Shown here one piece after another: positions 25,522 to 33,807 of a DNA stretch of 35,688 bases (the stretch's first letter is position 1; every line of letters starts with the position of its first letter). The notes under the pieces were generated by a model. The model searched no databases, had not been told where the DNA came from, and worked only from the letters and a program-made list of their open reading frames with translations. Both the position numbers and the translations under genes were made by a program. Source of the stretch: Acidimicrobiia bacterium (lineage in GTDB: Bacteria; Actinomycetota; Acidimicrobiia; Spongiisociales; UBA5794); NCBI GenBank assembly GCA_030599515.1, contig JAUVNV010000002.1, positions 1 to 35,688 on the forward strand, given 5' to 3'.

Positions 25522-26312
25522 CGCGCACCTCCGATCTCGATCGCTGCTTCCCGCCGGTCGCTCTCAACACGGAACGCCTCGGACCAAGCGTTGAAGCTCC
25601 TGAACGCGTCGACAAGCTCCCGGTCGGATGCGCCCATGACTCCCCATTGGTCGGCGAGAGCGGCCGTGTTCGGACTCTCCATCGGACCGAAGCAACCGAA
25701 GCAGCCCCGGTCGTACGCGGGGCACAGGGCATCGCAACCTGCCTGGGTGACCGGGCCAAGGCACGGTGTGCCGTGGGACACCATCACACACGGATTGCCC
25801 CTCAACTTGCACTCGACGCACACGCTGTAGGTCGGGATGTTCGGGCGCCGCCCCTGGAGGAACGCGACCAGCACCTCGAGCAATTGGTACTTCGAGACCG
25901 GGCACCCGCGCAGTTCGAAGTCGACCTGCACATGGTCGGCGACGGGCGTCGAGGTCTGCAGCGTGTCGATGTAGTCGGGGTGGGCGTAAACGTACCGGGT
26001 GAAGTCGTCGACGTCCTTCCAGTTGCGCAACGCCTGGATCCCGCCTGCCGTAGCGCATGCCCCGATCGTGATGAGCAAGGGAGTCTCCTCCCGGATCTGC
26101 TTGATCCGTTCGGCGTCATGGGCGGTCGTGATCGATCCCTCGACCAGAGTCACGTCATAGGGCGGTGGAAGCACCTCGCGTGACGCTTCCATGAAGTTGG
26201 CGATCTGGATGACACCGGCGACGGCGAGGAGCTCGTCCTCGAGGTCGAGGAGGCTCAGTTGGCAGCCATCGCACGAAGCGAACTTGTGAACCGCCAGAGT
26301 CGGAAGGGCCAT
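25518..26312 (-). CDS. hyhS: [NiFe]-hydrogenase small subunit (delta)
   Basis: The N-terminus reads [28 protein letters not shown] and further Cys clusters are present. SD GGGAGG lies 8 nt upstream, and the stop overlaps the large-subunit ATG (ATGA). Confidence 0.88.
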   Translation of the reverse strand: MALPTLAVHKFASCDGCQLSLLDLEDELLAVAGVIQIANFMEASREVLPPPYDVTLVEGSITTAHDAERIKQIREETPLLITIGACATAGGIQALRNWKDVDDFTRYVYAHPDYIDTLQTSTPVADHVQVDFELRGCPVSKYQLLEVLVAFLQGRRPNIPTYSVCVECKLRGNPCVMVSHGTPCLGPVTQAGCDALCPAYDRGCFGCFGPMESPNTAALADQWGVMGASDRELVDAFRSFNAWSEAFRVESDRREAAIEIGGAR

Positions 26313-26313
26313 G

Positions 26314-27162
26314 TCACACCTCCCTGGTCCAGAACGTGTCGGACATCGCAGCACAGCTCAGTATCGGACCGTCCTTGCAAACGAAGTGACGCCCGAGCTG
26401 GCAATGACCGCAGAGGCCGATCCCGCACTTCATGTTCCGCTCCATCGAGACGTACAGCCGATCGTCGGTGATCCCTTTCCGTTCCAAGTCCTGGATCGTG
26501 AATCGCATCATGATCTCAGGACCGCAGACGAATGCCACGGCCGACTCTGGATCGAACGACGCACGGTTGATCAAGGACGTCACAACACCGACCGGTCCGC
26601 GCCAGACCTGATCACCGTGGTCGACGGTGATCAGGACGTCCAGGTCGAATCGACCACGCCACTCCTGGAGCTCGTCGGCGAACAGCAGCTCGCTCGGCGA
26701 TCGGGCGCCGTACATGAGCGTGACATTGCCGTAGCGATCACGATGCTCGAGAATCTCGAAGATCGCGGGCCGAAGCGGAGCAAGCCCGATTCCGCCGGTG
26801 ACGATGAGCAGATCGCCACCCTCGGCGACGCCGGTCGGCCACGCCGACCCATATGGGCCTCGCACGCCGACGGAGTCTCCCGGTGAGACGGAGGTGAGAG
26901 CGTCGGTGACCGGCCCGACGGCCCGGATCGTTTGAACGAGCCGGCTCGGATCGTTCGGATCTCCACTGATCGAGATCGGCACCTCACCGACTCCGAAGGC
27001 GTAGAGCATCGTGAACTGACCGGGTGCGAATCCCCAGTCGCTCTCCGGTGGTTCGATGTCGAGCGTGAATGTGTCTTCGAGCTCTCGCACGACCGAGCGG
27101 ACCCGGCAGGGAACCGGGTGCATCGGGCGTACGGCGGGTTCAGCGAGGAGTTGAGTAGACAT
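26314..27162 (-). CDS. hyhG: Hydrogenase gamma subunit (FAD/NAD(P)-binding, PyrK-like, C-terminal 2Fe-2S)
   Basis: A ferredoxin-reductase-type fold ([20 protein letters not shown]) and a C-terminal motif [10 protein letters not shown] are present. The start is either ATG 27162 (23-nt overlap with the upstream gene) or ATG 27123. Confidence 0.85.
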   Translation of the reverse strand: MSTQLLAEPAVRPMHPVPCRVRSVVRELEDTFTLDIEPPESDWGFAPGQFTMLYAFGVGEVPISISGDPNDPSRLVQTIRAVGPVTDALTSVSPGDSVGVRGPYGSAWPTGVAEGGDLLIVTGGIGLAPLRPAIFEILEHRDRYGNVTLMYGARSPSELLFADELQEWRGRFDLDVLITVDHGDQVWRGPVGVVTSLINRASFDPESAVAFVCGPEIMMRFTIQDLERKGITDDRLYVSMERNMKCGIGLCGHCQLGRHFVCKDGPILSCAAMSDTFWTREV

Positions 27163-27601
27163 CGAGTAACTGAATCCTTATCGATTGCATGCGGTTGACA
27201 AGCATCTCGGTGAAGCGCTTCATCAGCTCATATCCGAGAGCTGGATCGACTTCGGAGGCATTCTTCAGTTTGGGTCCGTCGAACCAGATGCCCTCGGTAT
27301 CGCTGTGCACGTGGGCGTCATAGGTCCACCGGTACGGCGGGTACAGCCACGACCATCCGAGGAAGTCGCCGGAATGCAGGGTGAGGATCACCTGCGGCCC
27401 GTGCCCCGGCGTCTGCATCTCGAGCGCAACGTCACCGTCCAGGATGAGCAGCGGACCAAGGGCGCTCGTGCCCTCAGTGAAGATCGTCTGCCCTTCGTGA
27501 TAGGACACCAGCGCGCCCGTCTCCGCGACGATCCGGATCTGGTCGTGGGTCATCCCCGCAAAGAAGGGATGCTCGACGATCAGGTCGAACACTTCACTCA
27601 T
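27140..27601 (-). CDS. Stand-alone cyclic-nucleotide-binding-like (CAP effector domain) protein
   Basis: 153 aa. HPFFAGMTHDQIRIVAETGALVSYHEGQTIFTEGTSALGPLLILDGDVALE matches the cNMP-binding beta-barrel pattern. There is no DNA-binding or other output domain. The ATG overlaps the beta-subunit stop (ATGA). Confidence 0.72.
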   Translation of the reverse strand: MSEVFDLIVEHPFFAGMTHDQIRIVAETGALVSYHEGQTIFTEGTSALGPLLILDGDVALEMQTPGHGPQVILTLHSGDFLGWSWLYPPYRWTYDAHVHSDTEGIWFDGPKLKNASEVDPALGYELMKRFTEMLVNRMQSIRIQLLDVYSTPR

Positions 27602-28746
27602 TCGGCTACCTCCTTGACGGCGGGAGTTCCGACCGCAACCCGGCGGATGTCCCGTTCCCGGATCATTGCTACTTCTCTCGTGATGTCGATTCCGACCGGG
27701 CACCAGGTGATGCAGCGTCCACACCCCACGCATCCGATCGAATCGAACTGGTCCTGCCACGACGCCAACTTGTGCGTGAGCCACTGGCGGTAACGCGCGG
27801 AGGACGACGAACGAACCGGTCCGCCGTGGATGTAGGAGAAGTCGAGAGTGAAACACGAGTCCCATGTCCGCGCCCTCTCTGCGCTGGACCCGTCGAGCGC
27901 CTGACGGTCCTCAACGGTTGAACAGAAGCACGTGGGACACACCATCGTGCAGTTCGTACATGACAGACAGCGCTCTCCTATCTCATCCCAGTACGGGTTC
28001 GCGAGGTTCGCATAGAGCAGGTCCTTCAGACCCTTCGTCTCGAGCGTCCGCCCCATGTGGTCCGTCGCATGGACCACGAGTCGACGCGCCGTGACGACCT
28101 CTTCGTCGCGAGCCTCGCGGGCTGCGAGCTCCGCAAGCACATCGGCGCCCGTGTCGGTCCCCGCCTCGGCAAGGAAGTAGTGGTTTTCGCCGCCCAGCAC
28201 TTCCGTGAGGGCGATGTCGTAGCCCTCGTTGACATCCGGCCCGGTTCCGAGCGAGGCGCAGAAGCAGGTTGCCGCGGGCTCGGTGCAGTTCACAGCGACG
28301 GTGAACGACCGCTTTCGCCGCTCTGTGTAGATGCCGTCTTCGACGGGCAGGTACACGTCGTCCTGGATCTTCATCGCCGCCACCTCGCAAGGACGTGCTC
28401 CGAAGAACGCGTAGCTCGGAGGCTCCTCGGGTTCCACCGTCTCGAATCCGTCCGCCGTACGAAGTCCCTTCCAGAACACGGTCCCAGGCGGCGTGAGGAA
28501 CTTCTTCCACGACTGAGGCCCGACGACGTACCCGAAGAGTGCGTCGTCGTCTCGTTCCTCGAGACGGTACGTCCCGGCCTCCTGCCGATCGCGTATGCCG
28601 ACCGGTAGATCCCCGGTCGATGTGATCGTGTCATAGAGAATGGTCTGGCCACGAACGGTCGGTCCGACGACCTCGTAGCCCCGGTCGATGAGGGCGTCGA
28701 TGAGAGCATCGACGCCCTCACGATCGATGACGAGTGGTTCTGTCAC
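27598..28746 (-). CDS. hyhB: Hydrogenase beta subunit (4Fe-4S cluster protein)
   Basis: Cys motifs CLSCTNCTMVCPTCFC and CVGCGRCITWCP are present. I place the start at GTG 28746 (VTEPLVIDREGVDALI) after GGATGGAG. The upstream 84 codons of the ORF are Arg/Pro-rich and unlikely to be coding. Confidence 0.8.
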   Translation of the reverse strand: MTEPLVIDREGVDALIDALIDRGYEVVGPTVRGQTILYDTITSTGDLPVGIRDRQEAGTYRLEERDDDALFGYVVGPQSWKKFLTPPGTVFWKGLRTADGFETVEPEEPPSYAFFGARPCEVAAMKIQDDVYLPVEDGIYTERRKRSFTVAVNCTEPAATCFCASLGTGPDVNEGYDIALTEVLGGENHYFLAEAGTDTGADVLAELAAREARDEEVVTARRLVVHATDHMGRTLETKGLKDLLYANLANPYWDEIGERCLSCTNCTMVCPTCFCSTVEDRQALDGSSAERARTWDSCFTLDFSYIHGGPVRSSSSARYRQWLTHKLASWQDQFDSIGCVGCGRCITWCPVGIDITREVAMIRERDIRRVAVGTPAVKEVAE

Positions 28747-28903
28747 GTCTCCATCCTGGGATGCTCCGGTACACGGTACGAACGGCCGGCAGGGTGGCCT
28801 AGGGCCGGAGGTCTCAGGACGGAGGCCGTTCGACCCTATCGCGGTTCGGTGCCGCGTCGGGCGACAACGGTGACACTCGATGGGCGCTACGGCGTCCGCC
28901 CGA

Positions 28904-28909
28904 TAGCCT
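28904..28909 (+). promoter_or_regulatory. Candidate -10 box TAGCCT, 7 nt upstream of the PAC2 GTG (leaderless geometry)
   Basis: Reads gaTAGCCTtccggtcGTG. It fits TANNNT and there is no SD. Confidence 0.4.
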
Positions 28910-28916
28910 TCCGGTC

Positions 28917-29756
28917 GTGAACCCCGTACGACGCTTCGGAAAACCTTCCCTTCGCCGGCCGCGCGCGGTTCTCGCGTTCGAAGGCTGGAACGACGCATGT
29001 GATGCCGCCTCCGGAGCCCTCCGCCATCTGCTGGAGCACCGCGACGTCCGGCACCCCTTCGCCATCATCGAATCGGAGGAGTTCTTCGACTTCCAGGAGC
29101 ACCGCCCCTCGGTCTCCGTCCAGAACGGTGCCGTCCAAGCGATGACGTGGCCCGAGACACGCTTCTACGCGATCGAACGCCCCGATCGGGACCACGACCT
29201 CGTCATCGTGGTCGGAGACGAACCGACGTTCCGCTGGAAGACCTTCGCCCGAACCGTGACGGCGGTTCTCGCCGACAGTGGCGTCGAGTCCGCAACGATG
29301 CTCGGTGCCTACATCGGATCGGTCACCCACTCGAGACCCGTCCCCCTGTCGGCCGTCGCCACCGACCCTTCATTCCTCGAGGCGACCACATTGCCGCCTA
29401 CCGACTACGAGGGGCCGACCGGGATCATCGCCGTGCTCGGAGAAGCGTGCAAGGAGGCCGGCATCCCGGCCACGAGTATCTGGGCGGCGACGCCGCACTA
29501 CCTCGCGGCGAATCCGAATCCGATGGCGATGCGCGCTCTGCTCAGCAAGGCCGGCGAAGTCGTCGGTTTTGACGGAGACAGCGAAGAACTCCGCAACCTT
29601 GAGGCCGAGTTCATCGTCCAGGTCGACGAGGCCGTTGCAGAATCGGACGACCTCGCCGAGTACGTTCGCGAGGTCGCTGAGAACGGCCGGGAGATGGATC
29701 CGGGACGGACGGGTGATCTCGTCGATGAGATCGAGCGCTTCCTCAAAGACGTGTGA
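28917..29756 (+). CDS. PAC2 (proteasome assembly chaperone 2-like) family protein
   Basis: LRRPRAVLAFEGWNDACDAASGA and the overall length are typical of actinobacterial PAC2-domain proteins. Confidence 0.78.
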   Translation: MNPVRRFGKPSLRRPRAVLAFEGWNDACDAASGALRHLLEHRDVRHPFAIIESEEFFDFQEHRPSVSVQNGAVQAMTWPETRFYAIERPDRDHDLVIVVGDEPTFRWKTFARTVTAVLADSGVESATMLGAYIGSVTHSRPVPLSAVATDPSFLEATTLPPTDYEGPTGIIAVLGEACKEAGIPATSIWAATPHYLAANPNPMAMRALLSKAGEVVGFDGDSEELRNLEAEFIVQVDEAVAESDDLAEYVREVAENGREMDPGRTGDLVDEIERFLKDV

Positions 29757-29763
29757 CCGGCGT

Positions 29764-29791
29764 CAGTACCGAGTGCTCAGTACCCGGTACG
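29764..29791. repeat. Short heptamer array (4 units)
   Basis: Units: cagtacc gagtgct cagtacc cggtacg. It lies in the convergent PAC2/bS22 spacer. Confidence 0.7.
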
Positions 29792-29803
29792 GCGGCCGAG
29801 CCG

Positions 29804-29896
29804 CTACTTCCTCGTCTTGTGGCGATTCGCCTTGATGCGCTTGCGGTACTTGTGCTTGCTCATCTTCTTCCGACGCTTCTTGATCAGCGAACCCAT
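29804..29896 (-). CDS. 30S ribosomal protein bS22 (actinobacterial 30-aa micro-protein)
   Basis: MGSLIKKRRKKMSKHKYRKRIKANRHKTRK matches the conserved MGS[VL]IKKRRKRMSKKKHRK pattern of bS22. GAGG lies about 9 nt upstream of the ATG. The 96-aa ORF in the track is an upstream extension. Confidence 0.8.
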   Translation of the reverse strand: MGSLIKKRRKKMSKHKYRKRIKANRHKTRK

Positions 29897-30038
29897 GCAG
29901 GAGACCTCACTCGGTGTATTCGGGGACCGGTTCCGGCGGCGGCGAGGCCGGGCCGGAGCCCATAAGGTTCGCGGAGGATAGGCCGCTACGCAAACAGGTG
30001 TCACTCCGGGATCCGGCAGCCAACATCGTCGACGCTTG

Positions 30039-30044
30039 TAGAAT
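30039..30044 (+). promoter_or_regulatory. Candidate -10 box TAGAAT, 7 nt upstream of the amidotransferase ATG (leaderless geometry)
   Basis: Reads cttgTAGAATcctccggATG. Confidence 0.45.
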
Positions 30045-30051
30045 CCTCCGG

Positions 30052-30825
30052 ATGCGGCCAATCGTCGGGGTGACGTCCCAACCGAAGCAGGCAATAAGTG
30101 CCTCCGGCAACCTCGATTCGCATGTCATTGGACACACGTACACCGACTCTGTAATCCGAGCGGGCGGCGTCCCCGTGATCCTCCCCCCGGTACCGAACGA
30201 CGGCGTCGCAGCGCTCGTCGATCGTCTCGACGGCATCGTCTTCACCGGCGGAGGAGACATGGAGCCCTGCCGGTACGGCGAAGAGCCCCACCCCGAGATC
30301 CGCAAGACCAACTCCGACCGGGACGAGTTCGAGATCCTTCTCGTCCATGAAGCCAAGAGCCGTCGTCTCCCGGTCCTTGCCATCTGTCGGGGTCTCCAGG
30401 TGGTGAACGTCGCCCTCGGCGGAACGCTCATCCAGGACATTCCGTCCGCGATCGGTTCGACCGACCACGGCGTTCGAGGTGAAGCTGTCTACGAGGCCCA
30501 TCAGCCCGTCACGATCGATGCAAATTCCAAGATCGCCAAAGCGGTCCGGACCACGGAACTGATGGTGAACTCCATCCACCACCAGGCTGTGAAGGTGCTC
30601 GGCCCCGGGTTCCGGGCAGTTGCCTGGGCCGACGACGGCGTAATCGAGGGGATCGAGCACGAGGACGATGAGTGGCCGCTCCTAGCTGTGCAGTGGCACC
30701 CCGAATTCCTCGGCGACAATTGTGACGAGGCATCCCATCTCCTGTTCGAGGCGTTCGTCGAGTCGATCAGGCTCGCTCACCCCACGACGGATTGGGTACC
30801 TCACGATGCCACGGTCGGTTGCTAA
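30052..30825 (+). CDS. Class I glutamine amidotransferase-like / peptidase C26 (gamma-glutamyl-GABA hydrolase family)
   Basis: GIVFTGGGD, the nucleophile elbow ICRGLQVVNVALGG, HHQAV and WHPEF are present. Confidence 0.85.
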   Translation: MRPIVGVTSQPKQAISASGNLDSHVIGHTYTDSVIRAGGVPVILPPVPNDGVAALVDRLDGIVFTGGGDMEPCRYGEEPHPEIRKTNSDRDEFEILLVHEAKSRRLPVLAICRGLQVVNVALGGTLIQDIPSAIGSTDHGVRGEAVYEAHQPVTIDANSKIAKAVRTTELMVNSIHHQAVKVLGPGFRAVAWADDGVIEGIEHEDDEWPLLAVQWHPEFLGDNCDEASHLLFEAFVESIRLAHPTTDWVPHDATVGC

Positions 30826-31658
30826 CGCAACCCTTCGTAGTCGACGCCGAGTACTCGCACGACTCCCGCCTCGCCGAGCACGGCGCTCAGTGCTTCGATG
30901 ACGGACCCCTTGGTCTCCTCCGTTGCCAGGGCGAGTGTCGTCGGCCCGGCGCCCGACCAGGCGGCGTGGAGAGCGCCGGCCTCGCGGGCCGCCTCGATCA
31001 TCGTTGTGGTGACCGCAGAGAGCGGGCCTCTCACTTGTTCGTGGAACTCGTCCCCGGCGGCCCCAGCGAAAGCATCGGGGTCCCCGGTTCGGAGCGCTTC
31101 CACCAGAAGGATCGCTCTCGACACATTGCGAGCAGCCGCGGGCAACGGAACTTCCGACGGCACCACCTCCCTGGCTCGCTTCGTCGACAATCGCGTGTCC
31201 GGAATCCCGGCGATCGGTATGAGCCGATCATCGAATTGCAGTTCGTACGGCCCGGTCGATCCGACGGCCATGAGACCGCCCCACACGGCCGGAGCAGCAT
31301 TGTCCCCGTGCCCTTCGATGGCGGCGACGATCTCGTAGATCTCGCCCCTCACCGGCTCACCACCAAGCGACCGCTGGGCAGCCGCCGCAGCGGCGGTGGT
31401 GACCGCCGACGACGATCCAAGGCCCCGGGCCCGGGGAATGGCATTGTTCACGGTGAGCGCCATGGCTTGATTCGTGGCGGCCATCACCGCGTCGAACAGC
31501 ATGTCTCCGGTGGTGAGCGTGACCGGCCCATCCCCATCGTCGACCGTCATCTGATCGGCAGGAACGGCATCGACAACGCAATGCAGGTCGAGGGCCAGTC
31601 CGAGAACGTCGAACCCCGGCCCGAGGTTGCCGGACGATGCCGGCGCCGAAGCCCTCAT
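30822..31658 (-). CDS. thrB: Homoserine kinase
   Basis: The GHMP kinase N-terminus reads SAPASSGNLGPGFDVLGLAL, and the motif PRARGLGSSSA is present. Confidence 0.88.
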   Translation of the reverse strand: MRASAPASSGNLGPGFDVLGLALDLHCVVDAVPADQMTVDDGDGPVTLTTGDMLFDAVMAATNQAMALTVNNAIPRARGLGSSSAVTTAAAAAAQRSLGGEPVRGEIYEIVAAIEGHGDNAAPAVWGGLMAVGSTGPYELQFDDRLIPIAGIPDTRLSTKRAREVVPSEVPLPAAARNVSRAILLVEALRTGDPDAFAGAAGDEFHEQVRGPLSAVTTTMIEAAREAGALHAAWSGAGPTTLALATEETKGSVIEALSAVLGEAGVVRVLGVDYEGLR

Positions 31659-32566
31659 CGATCCACCGGTTCGACGAAGATCCGTGTAGCCGACGGCACG
31701 GCCTCGGTGATCTTCTGCTCGATCTCGACGATGGCACGCTCGATATCGTCCCCGGCGGTCCCTTCATCGAAGTCGAGATCCATCGTGACGAGGATCTCAT
31801 CCGGCGCCAATTGCATGGTTAGGAGTCGGTCGATGGTTCTCACCTCACCGACCGATAGCACCGCGGCGCGGATCTTCGCCCTTTCCTCCCGGGTCGCCGA
31901 CTCACCGATCAGGAGCGACTTCATCTCGACGGCGAGGATCCATGCGACGCCACCGAGGAGTGCGCCGATGAGCACCGACGCCACGCCGTCCCATAGGCCG
32001 TTTCCCGTCAACTCCGCCGCGATGAGTCCCGCTGCGGCGATGAACAGTCCGACGATCGCCGCACTGTCCTCGAATAGCACGACGAGCAGGGAGGGATCTT
32101 TGGATTCCTTGATCGTCTTGCCGAACGTCCGCCCCGCCCGCTGCTCGTTGAACTGCTTCAACGCCGGGCGGAATGCGATGAACCCTTCGAACAGGGCCGC
32201 TATGGCCAGCACACCGAGCGAGAACCAGAGGCCTTCATCGCCGTGCTCGTGGGGGCTCCGGATCCTGTTGATACCGGTAGCGACCGAGAGCGCCGACCCA
32301 CCGACGAACAGGAAGACCGCAACCATGAAGCTCCAGAAGTACATCTCCTTGCCACGTCCGTAGGGGTGCTGGACACTGGCGTCCCACCGTGATGCGGCAT
32401 GCCCACGCAGCAGGAACAGCTGGTTCCCGGAGTCCGCCAGCGAGTGGATGCCCTCGGAGAGCATCGCGCTACTGCCCGAGATCGCAGCAGCGGCGAATTT
32501 CGTGATGGCGATTCCGACGTTCGCCACGAGCGCAAGGATCACGAGCCGTTTGGATTCCGCAGCCAT
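31655..32566 (-). CDS. Cation diffusion facilitator family transporter
   Basis: ALVANVGIAITKFAAAAISGSSAMLSEGIHSLADSGNQ is a typical CDF TM1-TM2 signature. A C-terminal cytoplasmic domain is present. The stop overlaps the thrB ATG (ATGA). Confidence 0.88.
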   Translation of the reverse strand: MAAESKRLVILALVANVGIAITKFAAAAISGSSAMLSEGIHSLADSGNQLFLLRGHAASRWDASVQHPYGRGKEMYFWSFMVAVFLFVGGSALSVATGINRIRSPHEHGDEGLWFSLGVLAIAALFEGFIAFRPALKQFNEQRAGRTFGKTIKESKDPSLLVVLFEDSAAIVGLFIAAAGLIAAELTGNGLWDGVASVLIGALLGGVAWILAVEMKSLLIGESATREERAKIRAAVLSVGEVRTIDRLLTMQLAPDEILVTMDLDFDEGTAGDDIERAIVEIEQKITEAVPSATRIFVEPVDR

Positions 32567-32685
32567 CGCGTGGAGCGTAGTGCCGCGACCGTTCGGGACC
32601 GATCAGTCCCGTGTCATGATGCGCGACAGGCCCTCTGCGAGTGCCCCGTGGGTGAGATTCAGTGTCGTGCGGCAGACGACGGCGC

Positions 32686-33687
32686 TCAAACAGTGACGAG
32701 TTCCTGCGTCGACGTGTCGTCGGCGTCGCCCGCTTCGGAGTCTGGCGTAGATAACGCCGGCACGATCGTGCCGTTATCTACGCCAGACTCCTGGGGTGGG
32801 ATGTGACGGATCAGCCAGATCGCAGTCGCGAGCGCTCCGGACAGCCCTGCGACGACGAGGAACACATCGAGGTTGCTCCCGACGAGGATCGACCCGCTTC
32901 GACGCAGCGGGGATCGACCACCGTCGGGGTCGAGCGCCCATCCACCGATCCGGAACAACGCAGCGAACGAGAGGGCGGAGAACGAGACCCGCGTTGCCAG
33001 CGATCGGACCATGGGCCAGCGATCTTCGGACAGAAGAACCGCCGAGACCCCCGCGACCGTGAGCATGACGGCTGCGATGACCACCCCCCGGGTGAGGATG
33101 GCCCCCGCCTGGTCGGTAATGACACCGACCGATACCGCCTCGCCGGTGTCGAGAGCGACGGGATCGAGATCTTCCACCGCTGCCTCTACCGCACCGGCCG
33201 GAACGTCGATCCCCTGTTCCTCGAGTTCGGACACGACCTCGGGCACGAGGGGAGTGAGCGCCGCGGCGACGTCGATGCTGGTTTCGGCTCCCGGCGGAGC
33301 GATCAGAGCACGAACGACGTCATCGATAAGGTCGTCGATGGCGCCTGCGGCAGCAGGATGGGAGCGCACCTCGTCCAGGACCCGTTCGGACTCCGCGTCG
33401 GTGATCCCGGTTGTTGCGGAGAGGCCGGAACTGATCCAGTCGTACACTCTCTCGGTGACGAGATCCGCAGAGAGTGCAGCTTCGGTGGATCGGGCGATCG
33501 TCTCGTCGTCCACAGTGACGGCGCGTCCCCAGAGACCGACGAGCAACAGGGTTGTCGAGAGGCCGAATACCCAGAGCGTCCACGACAGCGTGATCCCGCG
33601 AACGGCCGGCAGACGGCTCGGTCGGGACGTCGATGTGAGTTGGTGGTTCATGAACAACGCCCCCGGATCGAACACGGGGGCCTGCAT
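32686..33687 (-). CDS. Hypothetical membrane protein (Asp/Glu-rich extracytoplasmic region flanked by TM segments)
   Basis: 333-aa ORF with clear TM segments and coding-like composition. No family was recognised. An alternative start is MNHQL (33651). Confidence 0.55.
   Translation of the reverse strand: MQAPVFDPGALFMNHQLTSTSRPSRLPAVRGITLSWTLWVFGLSTTLLLVGLWGRAVTVDDETIARSTEAALSADLVTERVYDWISSGLSATTGITDAESERVLDEVRSHPAAAGAIDDLIDDVVRALIAPPGAETSIDVAAALTPLVPEVVSELEEQGIDVPAGAVEAAVEDLDPVALDTGEAVSVGVITDQAGAILTRGVVIAAVMLTVAGVSAVLLSEDRWPMVRSLATRVSFSALSFAALFRIGGWALDPDGGRSPLRRSGSILVGSNLDVFLVVAGLSGALATAIWLIRHIPPQESGVDNGTIVPALSTPDSEAGDADDTSTQELVTV
32737..32791. repeat. 55-nt near-perfect palindrome (20-bp perfect arms) inside the 3' end of the CDS
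   Basis: ggagtctggcgtagataacg (32737-32756) is the exact reverse complement of cgttatctacgccagactcc (32772-32791). The centre holds a second palindrome, cggcacgatcgtgccg (32758-32773). Confidence 0.9.
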
Positions 33688-33807
33688 TCAGGGTATCGAG
33701 AATCCGAGATAGGGGCACACTCCCGGCCGAGGCCTCCACGTTCGCTCAGGACTACCGTCTCGCTCGTGAACGACGTCGACTTCGTTGAAGTACTCGATTT
33801 GGACCGC

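Noticed and set aside
32594-32611. The palindrome cgggac-cgatca-gtcccg upstream of the CDF gene resembles a DosR box (GGGAC..GTCCC).
   Set aside because: The half-site spacing is 6 nt rather than the 4 nt of the DosR consensus. It is a single occurrence, it is not upstream of the hydrogenase operon where a DosR site would be expected, and it may just be a small hairpin.
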